DNA from: a virus
Taxonomy: Duplodnaviria > Caudoviricetes
Direction: 5' to 3' (one strand)
IMG/VR virus record: IMGVR_UViG_3300048582_000044
Location: 1 to 32,220 of that record
DNA length: 32,220 bases
The position numbers were made by a program, and so were the translations under genes. The notes under the pieces were generated by a model. That model ran no database searches, was not told the origin of the DNA, and saw only the letters and a list, made by a program, of their open reading frames with translations. Numbering within the stretch: the stretch's first letter is position 1; every line of letters begins with the position of its first letter. Below are positions 18,892 to 27,527 of this stretch, in pieces.

Positions 18892-19887
18892 TTAGACGAC
18901 CCGGGCTTCCGTCTCCAGCAGCGCGTCAGCGCGGCGGATGGGGTGGCCAAGGAACATCGTGGTCGGACGCCCGCCGTAGTCCTCGATAGACAGGCGAACG
19001 TTGTTGACGTTCATCGCCTGCTTGTGGAGGAACTTCGCGATGGTCCGTGAGCAGTAGATGACCACGTTGCCATCTGCGGCACCGGGGTTATCCAGCTGGT
19101 AGTAGGCGTCGATCATGTAGTCGATCAGATCGGCACCTGCGGAGGCGTCGGCAGTCAGGGCCGACACGTCGATGTTCGCGACGCGGGCGATCTGACGCCA
19201 GTCGCGGACAGACATGCCGAGGTCTTGAGAGAACTTCTCGCGGTAGACCTGATACAGGCTGCCGTCCGACTTCTCCTTGGTCTCCTTGCCGATATCCTCG
19301 CGCTGGATGCCCAGCGGCGAGCCCTCGGGGTACAGCAGGTGGGCAGCGTTCTCGCCCCACGTGATGAACCAGATCGAGGTGTTGTCCGAACCCACGCCGC
19401 CTGCGTCGACGATCTGATTGCCGTTGGGGGCACCCAGATCGCTGTAGCGGACGGACAGGCCGTCGAACTTCTCCGGCTCGGTCGCAGTGTTGCCGTAGAA
19501 CACGTTGTAGGCAGCCTCGTGGGCGATGCCCATCAGGTGCGCCTTGGCCTCGTTCATGCGGAACTTCTGCGGGTCTTTCGCGCGCTCGACGAGCTTCGCG
19601 TCGACCTCCGACCAGTCTTCCATGTAGCCGGTCGCGTCGGTGACCTGCGTGGTGGTGCCCTTGGTGGGCTGGACACCCTCGTACAGGCGACGCCACGTAG
19701 GCGTGGGTAGACCTGCCCGGATCGTGGTCAGGTGCTCGTGGCCTTGGTTGCACTCCATCGCTGGAGCGTCGGCCATGAAATCATTGCGCTGGGCCATGAT
19801 CTCGATGATGTCGGCGACTTCGTCGTTCCGGTTGGTTTGGCGACGGAGGTCGGCGAGCGTCAGGTAGCTGGAACCGATGGTTGCCAT
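18892..19887 (-). CDS. Major capsid protein (BPP-1 Bbp17-like), 331 aa
   Basis: TLAD, RAGLPTPTWRRLYEGVQP, FYGN..EPEKFDGLSVRY, NTSIW..WG, VRDWR..RVANID and DALLETEARVV motifs. Confidence 0.95.
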   Translation of the reverse strand: MATIGSSYLTLADLRRQTNRNDEVADIIEIMAQRNDFMADAPAMECNQGHEHLTTIRAGLPTPTWRRLYEGVQPTKGTTTQVTDATGYMEDWSEVDAKLVERAKDPQKFRMNEAKAHLMGIAHEAAYNVFYGNTATEPEKFDGLSVRYSDLGAPNGNQIVDAGGVGSDNTSIWFITWGENAAHLLYPEGSPLGIQREDIGKETKEKSDGSLYQVYREKFSQDLGMSVRDWRQIARVANIDVSALTADASAGADLIDYMIDAYYQLDNPGAADGNVVIYCSRTIAKFLHKQAMNVNNVRLSIEDYGGRPTTMFLGHPIRRADALLETEARVV

Positions 19888-19891
19888 TGCT

Positions 19892-20593
19892 CTAGCCTCT
19901 CTTGGTTTCGGGGGTTGTGTTGCCGTACCAGCTCCGCTGAGTTGGCACGGATGCTTCAGAGGTCTGGCCCGTCTCGAACTTGTCGTTCGACGTGGTTTGA
20001 CCCAGCATGGCGAACGCCCGGATGATGTCGGGGTTGGCTGCGAGGACGAGCCCTTCAGGCGACGTCAGAAACTCCCTGAACTCGGGGCTCACTTTGGCGG
20101 CAGCGAGACCTGCCTCCATCCGCTTCACCGTCAAGTCCCAGTTCTCTGACAGATACTTGTCGGCCTCGACGACCTTCCCGTATTCCGTCAGCGTCTCTTG
20201 CGTCTCCGCTTGGGATGCCTCGAACCATGCGGCCTCCTTCTCGGCGATCTTGGCAGCCTGTTCTGGCGTTACCCCGATCTCGCGAAGCAGTCCGGTCCAC
20301 TCTTCCATCCGCTCGCCCTCGAGCCCGAAGGCTTCCGGGTAGTTGAGCTCGTACGTCCATGCGGAGGGGTCGTCCCCTCCGGTAGTTCCGGTCGTGTCGC
20401 CCCCGGCCCCGGTCGCGTCGCCTTGCGGTACACCGTTGCCTTGTGCGCCAGCATCGCCGGTGCCTGCTGCACCTCCGCCGTTCGCACCACCGTCATTGCC
20501 TGTTCCTTGCCCCCCAGATGCGCCTTCACCCGCTGCGTTGAACAGGGGCATGCGACGCCAGCTGGAAAGAAGTGCGAGCATGGTGTTATTCAT
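19892..20593 (-). CDS. Capsid scaffolding-like protein, about 233 aa
   Basis: Gly-rich disordered N-terminus and acidic helical body with NPDIIRAFAMLG; lies directly upstream of the capsid gene. Start placed at ATG 20593 after GGAGAAGG; the ORF track begins at 20611. Confidence 0.8.
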   Translation of the reverse strand: MNNTMLALLSSWRRMPLFNAAGEGASGGQGTGNDGGANGGGAAGTGDAGAQGNGVPQGDATGAGGDTTGTTGGDDPSAWTYELNYPEAFGLEGERMEEWTGLLREIGVTPEQAAKIAEKEAAWFEASQAETQETLTEYGKVVEADKYLSENWDLTVKRMEAGLAAAKVSPEFREFLTSPEGLVLAANPDIIRAFAMLGQTTSNDKFETGQTSEASVPTQRSWYGNTTPETKRG

Positions 20594-20909
20594 CGCCGCC
20601 TTCTCCATCACGCTGGTCGATTTGTCTGTGCTGCTCGCGGAGGGCCAGCGCCTCCGTCTGCAGAGCTGCGAACGAGCCCGGCTTCACTTGCTCGATATGT
20701 TCGACCAGATCAAGGCCGACTGCGCGTCGGCCCTCCCGGTAGAACGTCTCACTGTTGCCAGTGAACGAGCGAGTGAACACGCCCGTGCCGTCGATCAACC
20801 GCATCAAGACGCGGCGACCAGCTGGGTTCTCCAGCATGGCTCGAAGGTCGCTGTCAGCTTGACGCTGTGCAGCATTGATCCGGCGCGAGGGTTTGTTCTC
20901 GTGTCTCAT
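20586..20909 (-). CDS. Bbp19-like head-module protein, 107 aa
   Basis: DLRAML..PAGRRVL.RLI...GVF..SF......FYREGRRAVGL motif, normally found between portal and scaffold. Confidence 0.88.
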   Translation of the reverse strand: MRHENKPSRRINAAQRQADSDLRAMLENPAGRRVLMRLIDGTGVFTRSFTGNSETFYREGRRAVGLDLVEHIEQVKPGSFAALQTEALALREQHRQIDQRDGEGGDE

Positions 20910-20917
20910 GAGTGAGC

Positions 20918-20947
20918 GTTATACCTGAGCCGATATGCCCTCGTCAA
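20918..20947 (-). promoter_or_regulatory. Sigma70-like promoter for the head genes
   Basis: TTGACG, 18 bp, TATAAC, only 8 nt before ATG 20909, with no Shine-Dalgarno. Confidence 0.6.
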
Positions 20948-22116
20948 CCACACACCCGGTGGCGTTCGACCTCGCCGCGATCCTCGTCGTAAATGATCGA
21001 CTGAGCCTCGGGGTGATTGGTCCACGCGCCCGACGCGGCGTAGGCGTCGCGGTCGGTCATGCAGCTTGCCTGCTCCCACATCGCTCCTCCGATCCGGCGC
21101 GCTGCCTTGTGGTGTTTGTCGCCGGTCCAGACGTAGCAGTGCGGGGCCTGCCCCCAGTCCTCTCGGTGCTGGTCAGCCATGCTGAGCACCAGCTGCTCGG
21201 GCTTCGCCTTGTCGCCGTGGTGGCTGAAGAGGAAGGTCTTGCCGCGCCGGTAGGCCCAGAACTCGCCCGGGTGCTCGTTGACCTCGACCTGAGGCGTGTC
21301 GTAGTAGCGCCACTTCGCCCCCATGAGCAGGCCAATGTAGGCGGTCGGGTCGTGATTGCCCGGCTTGATTACGAGCTTGACACGGGGGAACGCCTGTGCC
21401 GCAAGGTCGGTCACCTTGATGATGCTGTCGACCGTGCTGTTCACCACGTGGAAGTGACGCGTGTCCGTGTCGAGGATGTTCTTGTGTTTCGGGGTCATCC
21501 CGGTGTTGTCGTTGGCGTGCAGCGTGTCCCCGTTGAACAGGAGGATCATCTCGCTGATGTCCTTAGGTGTGCGGTCGAGCAGCTTGCACACCCAGTCCTC
21601 GAGACGCTGGGTCGCGATCTTGACGTCCCAGTCGCCAGACCCGGTCTCCGCGCCCCACGCATACATGCCGACGTGCAGGTCGTTGATCGGGATCAGGCCG
21701 AAGCGTTTGGTTGGTGCCGCCAGCTCCGGGGCCTTGGGGATGTAGACTGGCGGTACGCTCGAGAACAGGGCGTCCATGCGCTCGAGCAATCCGTCTTCCT
21801 CGGGCAGGGCCTTACCGGGCTTCATCGAGAACGAGTACTCGATGCCGCCCGCCTTGCGCTGCTCCTCGCTGAGCTTCGTCTTGATCCAGACGAGGTTGGC
21901 CTCGCCCTTCGCGCCGACGTAGTCCATCGCCTGCTTCATGGCAGGGTCGATGCCGAACCCCGCCTTGCGCGCAGACTTCACGCGCCGCTGCGCCGAACTG
22001 GGGTCGATGCCCAGCGCGACCGCCACCTTGCGGTAGCTGCCGAGCTCCGCGTAGAGCTCGGCAGCCCGTACGTTCTCCGCCGCCTCTTCAGCGGCCGATA
22101 TCCCTGCTCTCGCCAT
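20944..22116 (-). CDS. Calcineurin-like metallophosphoesterase with N-terminal HTH, 390 aa
   Basis: NDLHVG, NGDTLH, PGNHD, HHGD and TGDKHH motifs; HTH-like SYRKVAVALGIDPSSAQRRV. Start at ATG 22116 via TAATG overlap. Confidence 0.85.
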   Translation of the reverse strand: MARAGISAAEEAAENVRAAELYAELGSYRKVAVALGIDPSSAQRRVKSARKAGFGIDPAMKQAMDYVGAKGEANLVWIKTKLSEEQRKAGGIEYSFSMKPGKALPEEDGLLERMDALFSSVPPVYIPKAPELAAPTKRFGLIPINDLHVGMYAWGAETGSGDWDVKIATQRLEDWVCKLLDRTPKDISEMILLFNGDTLHANDNTGMTPKHKNILDTDTRHFHVVNSTVDSIIKVTDLAAQAFPRVKLVIKPGNHDPTAYIGLLMGAKWRYYDTPQVEVNEHPGEFWAYRRGKTFLFSHHGDKAKPEQLVLSMADQHREDWGQAPHCYVWTGDKHHKAARRIGGAMWEQASCMTDRDAYAASGAWTNHPEAQSIIYDEDRGEVERHRVCG

Positions 22117-22727
22117 TACGCGAACTCCCTGCCCAACGCGTAGCGGAAGTCTGATCGGACCAGCCGCCACTCTCGCTCCTGCACGTAGAACCCATAGCCC
22201 GGAACGAACGTAGGCATCCCATACCACTCCAACGAGTTTGGAAGCAGGTAGTGCTTCTCGATCACGCAGGCGAGGTTGTCGATGTACTTCAGATCGGCGG
22301 CGTCGGTGTTCTCCAGCGGGTCGAGCTGGAAGCGCGTCGCGACGACAGACATCAGGCGGTCTTCCATTTCCCCGTACGATGGAAGTTGCACCTTGACGGG
22401 GCGCACCATATCGCCGAGCACGTACTCAGGCGCGTCGTGCAGCAGCGCCCAGCGTTTCAGGTTGCGGCGTCCCGGGAAGATGTTGCGCGCCAGCGCCTCG
22501 CACAGGAGCGAGTGCTGAGCGACCGAGTACGGATAGACCGTCGCGCCGCCGAAGCGGTTCACCAGCGAGAGCTGGTGAGCGATGTCTTCCAGCACGATCT
22601 GCTCCGGGTCGGGGTCTAGCGGGTGGAATTTCCTCCCGCTATGGGTCTGCGACCACGAGCCTCGCTCATGGCCGTGTATCTGCGTGCCATGTTCCCAGTT
22701 GTCGATCTGTTCAGCATCGAGACCCAT
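22116..22727 (-). CDS. HD-domain phosphohydrolase (YfdR/YfbR-like 5'-deoxynucleotidase), 203 aa
   Basis: THSG, EDIAHQLS..NRFGG, YSVAQHS and ALLHDAPEYVLGDM motifs. Start at ATG 22727 via TGATG overlap. Confidence 0.88.
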   Translation of the reverse strand: MGLDAEQIDNWEHGTQIHGHERGSWSQTHSGRKFHPLDPDPEQIVLEDIAHQLSLVNRFGGATVYPYSVAQHSLLCEALARNIFPGRRNLKRWALLHDAPEYVLGDMVRPVKVQLPSYGEMEDRLMSVVATRFQLDPLENTDAADLKYIDNLACVIEKHYLLPNSLEWYGMPTFVPGYGFYVQEREWRLVRSDFRYALGREFA

Positions 22728-23332
22728 CACAGCTTCTCCTCGGTGTATGGTTGCTTCGGCTCCGGGTAGCGGTGGAACAGGTCGTCCACCACCTTCCCGA
22801 GACGCTCGCGTGTGGCCGGCAGGTCTGCGCGCGGTGGGCGGTCGTCCACCAGCTTGTCTTGGATCATCGCATCGCGCAGGACGGTCAGGCTGGCGATGGC
22901 CTTGGTGATGTGGCTGAGCCCGCTGTCCTTGTCGATGTTCTCGCCCTCCCACCACTGCATGATGTGGCCGAAGGCGGCGTCGACGTAGACCGAGGCGCGG
23001 ACGCCTGCCACACGGTAGTTGTGCTTTCCGTACTTTCTGGCACCCTCCAGCATGGCAACGCCCAGCTCGGCCATAACCGTCAGCGGGATCGTGGTGAACT
23101 GACGCCACTTCTTGATGCCGACGGCGTCCTTTGGATTGGTGTCCTTGGATGTGAGGCGAGGGTCGCCGAGGCGCGGCATGACGTGAAAAGCGGGCCGTTC
23201 ATCCTCAATCTCCAGAACCCTCGTGACCGAGCTCGGCTCGTCCGGGTACGGCTCCGCGACGTCCCAGTAATCGTTGCCTGCGTTCCAGACATCGGGCCCC
23301 TGCCCTAGTATGCGGGGTGCTTCATGCGGCAT
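22727..23332 (-). CDS. DUF5664-like dATP/dGTP diphosphohydrolase-domain protein, 201 aa
   Basis: TNPKDAVGIKK...GARKYGKHNYR..GV.ASVY.DAA..H...WWEGE..D.DSGLSH...DDRP motif. CAGGAG RBS before ATG 23332. Confidence 0.85.
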   Translation of the reverse strand: MPHEAPRILGQGPDVWNAGNDYWDVAEPYPDEPSSVTRVLEIEDERPAFHVMPRLGDPRLTSKDTNPKDAVGIKKWRQFTTIPLTVMAELGVAMLEGARKYGKHNYRVAGVRASVYVDAAFGHIMQWWEGENIDKDSGLSHITKAIASLTVLRDAMIQDKLVDDRPPRADLPATRERLGKVVDDLFHRYPEPKQPYTEEKL

Positions 23333-23392
23333 GGTAAGCTCCTGTGGTTGTGTATGTGGTTTGTTAGTACCACGCACGGGAGAGGGCGTCAA
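23249..23392. repeat. Promoter plus 5' end of the DUF5664 gene; diverged direct repeat of 27444-27584
   Basis: Shared blocks gcctgcgttccagac, ctcctgtggttgtg and ttagtaccacg. Peptides DVWNAGNDYWDVAEP versus DVWNAGDYYWNAAEP. Confidence 0.9.
23364..23392 (-). promoter_or_regulatory. Sigma70-like promoter of the nucleotide-hydrolase operon
   Basis: TTGACG, 17 bp, TACTAA with a TGG extension. The same elements are kept in the second copy while the spacer has diverged. Confidence 0.7.
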
Positions 23393-23526
23393 CAGAGGGC
23401 TCTCGCGGACCCCGCTCGATGCCGCAGCCGATCTTCCACACGCGAAAGGTTCTCCGCCATGGCCTCTAGTTGCGCCTCGATCCGGCCAACCGCCCGCTCA
23501 ATGTTGTGTTCTTCCCCGCGTGTCGT
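23389..23526 (-). pseudogene. Remnant of a small coiled-coil gene
   Basis: Frame reads (ACG)TRGEEHNIERAVGRIEAQLEAMAENLSRVEDRL..., with ACG where ATG would be expected, and ends in the promoter -35. Confidence 0.4.
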
Positions 23527-23530
23527 GGCG

Positions 23531-25537
23531 TCACACCGAGAACGAGGCGGTGATAACGTCCACCTTCTTCGGGCCGTTGTATTGGCAGACGCAAAGCCAA
23601 TAGGACCCGGTGCCCAGCGAAGCCGTGCCGCCGCCCGTGACCGTTCCCGCGCTGTTGCCGCGATGGTCTAGGCCGCTTGCCTCCGCCGCCGTGGTGCCAT
23701 CCAATCCCATCACGATGGACAGCGGATCGGTGACTTCGGACAGGAACACCGCCCAATGGACCGTGGAGTTTGTGGCAATATCCGTGACCACGGTGAAAGC
23801 CGCTGTGGCCTCGTCTGTGACGGTCAGGCTGCTCAGTGTAGGCACCGGGCGCAGCGTGTCGCTGATCGTGTAATCCGACTGCAAGGGTGACCCGGCGGTC
23901 ACATAGTCAAACGGGCTTTTCGTGTCGAAGTCGCTGGCGTTGACCGGCTCAAAGTATGGCAAAGCTTCAGCATAGGTCGGATCAACCGGCAGGCTTCCCC
24001 AATTCGCCCATTGTGCCAGACGGCTTGAGAAGTAAGCGCCGCTTTGCCCCTGATATTTCACCACGCTGGTTTCCGTCACATCTCCAGATGTTGGTCCATA
24101 TGTGTCGTAACCGATGGACCCATAGACGGAATTGGTGATCCGGTGCGCTCCGATGTTCCCGCCATCGCCCACCTTAGCCGTCCCGAACAGAACGCGGTTA
24201 ATCCCACCTCCGATGGGGAAAGATGCGACATTGTTCGGAATAGCAAAAAGCCGGTCAATCACAACGTTGTCGGCATAGTCCACCGAAGCAATGTGCGGAC
24301 TTTCCACAAGCTGCATATCCCCGGCGAAGGAGAACCGTGTGCCGGTGGTATCTGTGTCAGGGCGTTCTGAATAGAAGCGAGACTGAAACGGAGCGTCATT
24401 GTTATGCCAGACAATCCGGGCCTCATCGTAAACCATTTGCACCGTATCGTCAGAGGTTGCTTGGTCAACGTCGAGGTGCGGCGCGGTGGCTAGGTTTTCG
24501 TTGACGGAATAAATCGTCGGCAGGCCATAGAAGTTTCCGCCTTCAATCCGGCAACAATTCGCGGTCCGGTTCACGTTCAGGTAGGTTTTGCGGTAATCGT
24601 AATAGGGCTGACTGTGGTAGTTGCCGACATAGAAGATTGTTCCACTGACGCCGAGTTCGCAGCTAACATAACCGCCAAAGAAATAGTTATCCATCACGGT
24701 CATATCGCGCGTGTATTGACCTGTTGCCCACAGCAGGCGGGCCAGTTCGTATCCTGTGCTTGGAAAACCAGTTGACCAATCGCCCGCGCCATCCACATCG
24801 TAATCAATGCGGAAATAGCATTCCCTGACCGTGATATTCTGGTTTTGTCGGTTCACAGTGCTTTCTACAAGCAGACTGTTTTTCGTTTTCTGGTCCGCAA
24901 ATCGGAGGTTCCGAATTGTGATGGACGACGGGAATAGAGACCGGATGCTATGGCAATGGTATTCGCCAGCCAACAAGCTTGCCGCGAAGCCGGTGTCGCC
25001 GGGCTTGACCGGACCCTCGCCACGCAAGGTGATCGGGCTGGTAATGCCGTCATCGCACTCGCCCTGCGTAGAGGCTGAAAGCCACGCTGTTCCGCCGACA
25101 GTCCGGTCCCTTGCGCCAATGCGGGCGTCTTGCCGGACCACTATGGTCAAACCGAGGTTTTCCGTAACCCCCGGGTCTGCGTCCACGTCCGCGTCGGTGG
25201 CAATATCCTTGCGGTCGGACACCTGCGTCATCGTCACGTCGTAAACCCGCCCTGACACACCGGACACGCGCAGCACAGCGCCGTTCGGGCATCCCGCTGC
25301 CCCGGTGAACACAAGCCGACCGGATGAAACCGTGGGGCTGTGCGACCCGAGCGATCCAGATACCAACCCGTCATAACTGTCGATATTCTCAATCGTGCCA
25401 TTGGCAAGCTGGGGACGCCAGCCGCCCGAACCGGCGGGGGTATTTGCGCCGAAACTTGCGGCTTGGTAATCGTCGACTTCCGGCACGGGGGCGTTGACCG
25501 TGAAGTTGATCGCAGCAGGGTTCGTGATCGTGACCAT
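23531..25537 (-). CDS. Putative beta-helix (pectin-lyase-like) spike/depolymerase with C-terminal Ig-like domain, 668 aa
   Basis: Beta-helix-like strands (PITLRGE, ITIRNLRF, NITVRECYF, DMTVMDNYF, HLDVDQ). Visibly lower GC than the core genes. Confidence 0.6.
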   Translation of the reverse strand: MVTITNPAAINFTVNAPVPEVDDYQAASFGANTPAGSGGWRPQLANGTIENIDSYDGLVSGSLGSHSPTVSSGRLVFTGAAGCPNGAVLRVSGVSGRVYDVTMTQVSDRKDIATDADVDADPGVTENLGLTIVVRQDARIGARDRTVGGTAWLSASTQGECDDGITSPITLRGEGPVKPGDTGFAASLLAGEYHCHSIRSLFPSSITIRNLRFADQKTKNSLLVESTVNRQNQNITVRECYFRIDYDVDGAGDWSTGFPSTGYELARLLWATGQYTRDMTVMDNYFFGGYVSCELGVSGTIFYVGNYHSQPYYDYRKTYLNVNRTANCCRIEGGNFYGLPTIYSVNENLATAPHLDVDQATSDDTVQMVYDEARIVWHNNDAPFQSRFYSERPDTDTTGTRFSFAGDMQLVESPHIASVDYADNVVIDRLFAIPNNVASFPIGGGINRVLFGTAKVGDGGNIGAHRITNSVYGSIGYDTYGPTSGDVTETSVVKYQGQSGAYFSSRLAQWANWGSLPVDPTYAEALPYFEPVNASDFDTKSPFDYVTAGSPLQSDYTISDTLRPVPTLSSLTVTDEATAAFTVVTDIATNSTVHWAVFLSEVTDPLSIVMGLDGTTAAEASGLDHRGNSAGTVTGGGTASLGTGSYWLCVCQYNGPKKVDVITASFSV

Positions 25538-26950
25538 TTAGAAGCCCACCTTTCCAGCCGCCCAAGCGCGGTAATCTGTCTTGTTCTGCGAGGTGACCGT
25601 GCCGGGAACGAAGGCCGCGCAATACAGCCGCATCGCGGCGAAGTTGGCCGGGCTTCCAGTAGCAAGACGCGCCCCGAGGGCAAGCAGGGCCGTCGTCGTG
25701 GCGTCGTTCGGGAAGCGCGTGCTTGTCGGGGCGTCGTTCCCGATGTCAACAACGTCGAGGTCTCCCGATCTGCGAATGCGAAGCCAGCATGTCGTCGCCC
25801 CCGTGGCTGGGATGACCTCAAGTTCCACGACGGCTTTTGCCATTGTGGCAGCGGACGTGTCGCTGATGTCCATGCCGTTAACGTTGATCTGTCCACCGAT
25901 GGCGTTTATGGCCTGCGCGGCCGCGCTGTCGGTTTCCAAAGTCAGTCCGTGCGTGTTGTTTAGAGCATTCGTGGAAAGTGCCGAAGCGGACAGGAATGAC
26001 CGGCTTGAGTTGGCTGTCTGTTCCTCAAGCCCGAGGATCAGGTAGAAACCGCCGGTCATGTCAACATCGCCGCTCGAACCTGTGAACAGCAGGTAATCGT
26101 TTGACCCGTCGAATTGCAGATAGGACTGCCCACCGCTGACCGTGTAGAGAGGCCGGTCTGTGGCCCCGGTGTTGACCAGAGTGCCGCCCTTGGTCCCGGC
26201 ATTGTCCACGCGGGCAACAGGATCATTTGTCGCGGTGACGGCGGTGCTGCCCGCCGTGTTCTGCCACAGCTTCGACTTGTCCGCTGCATCGAGGAAGAAC
26301 GATGCCAGCGTGGCCGGGTTGAAGCTTGCAATTGTGACTTCAAGGTTCAGGACGTTGGAATACACCCCGCCCACCTTCTGCACAACATTCAGCCAATAGG
26401 TGCCGTCCGCCTCGCCGGTCCAATCCTCGACCTCAGTGACAACCCCCGATGATACAGCGACAGACCCCATAGCCGAGGCTTCGATTGCCGCGCCGGCCAA
26501 TGGCGTCGAGTTGGCCGCAAGGTCGTAGTAAACGGTTCCGCTCGCGGTATCGGTATCCAGAGAGATTTCGTTGGTTCCGGTGTCATAGGCGAGGTCGGAA
26601 ATGACGGGCGCGACAGGCGCAGCATCCACCACCTCCGTCCCATAGCCGAACGGCCGCGTGTCCGCGTTGGTATTCGTCACCAGTTCCGACAAGCCAACCA
26701 CGTCATCCTCGGCCAGCACGTCGGTCCCCAAGGCAGGTGAGCCGTTTACGGTCCAGACCGCCCCCACCGTGTCGATGGTGCCAATGGTCGTCAGGTAGGT
26801 GCCGGGCGTGTAAGCGTCCTCCGGCGTGTCCCCGGCCACGTAAGGCCCGAACGACGCGGGCGTGTCCTGCGTGATGATCGGCGGGGTGCTTTCGCCCCGG
26901 CGTCGTCGGCCGGGGCGGGAGATACCCCTTATGGTGCGGTAGCGCGACAC
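25538..26950 (-). CDS. Putative head/tail spike adhesin with Ig-like and lectin-like domains, 470 aa
   Basis: Basic N-terminal arm, Ig-like middle, and LDAADKSKLWQNTAGSTAVTATNDPV...RPLY...LQFDGSNDYL motif common in phage LamG-like fibre domains. Confidence 0.65.
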   Translation of the reverse strand: MSRYRTIRGISRPGRRRRGESTPPIITQDTPASFGPYVAGDTPEDAYTPGTYLTTIGTIDTVGAVWTVNGSPALGTDVLAEDDVVGLSELVTNTNADTRPFGYGTEVVDAAPVAPVISDLAYDTGTNEISLDTDTASGTVYYDLAANSTPLAGAAIEASAMGSVAVSSGVVTEVEDWTGEADGTYWLNVVQKVGGVYSNVLNLEVTIASFNPATLASFFLDAADKSKLWQNTAGSTAVTATNDPVARVDNAGTKGGTLVNTGATDRPLYTVSGGQSYLQFDGSNDYLLFTGSSGDVDMTGGFYLILGLEEQTANSSRSFLSASALSTNALNNTHGLTLETDSAAAQAINAIGGQINVNGMDISDTSAATMAKAVVELEVIPATGATTCWLRIRRSGDLDVVDIGNDAPTSTRFPNDATTTALLALGARLATGSPANFAAMRLYCAAFVPGTVTSQNKTDYRAWAAGKVGF

Positions 26951-27277
26951 TTACGCGTCACCAAAAGCCAGACGGATCGTGGCTGCTGCCACGCCTGCGC
27001 CGGTGATCGGTCGGAAGTACGGCACAGCCGTAGACAGCTCGACCATGCCCGCGCTGGTGAACGTGGCCGGGTTGCCCTCGGTGTCATCCAGCGTGAACCA
27101 GTTGGTGCCGTCGAGAGAGCCCTGCAAAGTGACCGTGCCCCCGAAGGTGCCGGTCACTGCAGCCGACGCGAGGACGAGGCCCTTGCGGCCTACCTTTAGC
27201 GTCTCGCCATTGACGCTTGCCGCGAGTGGACCCCACGTCGCGACGCCGTCTCTCTGGTTGATGGTATAGGTGCTCAT
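26951..27277 (-). CDS. Small beta-sandwich virion protein (spike-base-like), paralogue of 29293-29631, 108 aa
   Basis: GTFGGTVTLQGSLDGTNWFTLDD...ELSTAVPYFRP aligns throughout with the 112-aa protein. Confidence 0.75.
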   Translation of the reverse strand: MSTYTINQRDGVATWGPLAASVNGETLKVGRKGLVLASAAVTGTFGGTVTLQGSLDGTNWFTLDDTEGNPATFTSAGMVELSTAVPYFRPITGAGVAAATIRLAFGDA

Positions 27278-27285
27278 GATGGTTC

Positions 27286-27444
27286 CTACCTTAGCCCAAG
27301 GTTGCGTAGGATGTCAACCGGACGACTGGTTGCATCGGTCTCTGCCATAACTTTCGCCGCCTCTGCGCCCTGCTTCACAGCGGGGGGCCATCATGGCGGC
27401 GTTCTGCACTGCGGCGTCCTGTTCGACGGCGGCGCGGCGGTTGC
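27286..27444. repeat. Duplicate of the portal 3' end (direct repeat of 29636-29793)
   Basis: 159 versus 158 bp. Differences are 11 synonymous codon changes, TAG versus TGA stop, and one extra base in a G run (about 27382-27387). Confidence 0.97.
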
Positions 27445-27527
27445 GGCTCGGCGGCGTTCCAGTAGTAATCGCCTGCGTTCCAGACGTCGATGGCCCGCTT
27501 CAGCGGGTGAGGAGTTTCGTAAGGCAT
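27375..27527 (-). pseudogene. Truncated DUF5664-gene 5' fragment fused out of frame to the portal 3' copy
   Basis: CAGGAG RBS and ATG 27527. MPYETPHPLKRAIDVWNAGDYYWNAAEP, then frameshifted portal sequence to a stop at 27375. Confidence 0.8.

Noticed and set aside
22116-23332. Calling a 2-aminoadenine (Z) genome pathway
   Set aside because: No purZ or polymerase in the window; HD and DUF5664-like genes also occur in phages with unmodified DNA.
22727-23392. Longer ORF-track starts (TTG 23392, 23108, 22227)
   Set aside because: The extensions run through the promoter or upstream genes; the RBS and stop-start overlaps support 23332, 22727 and 22116.
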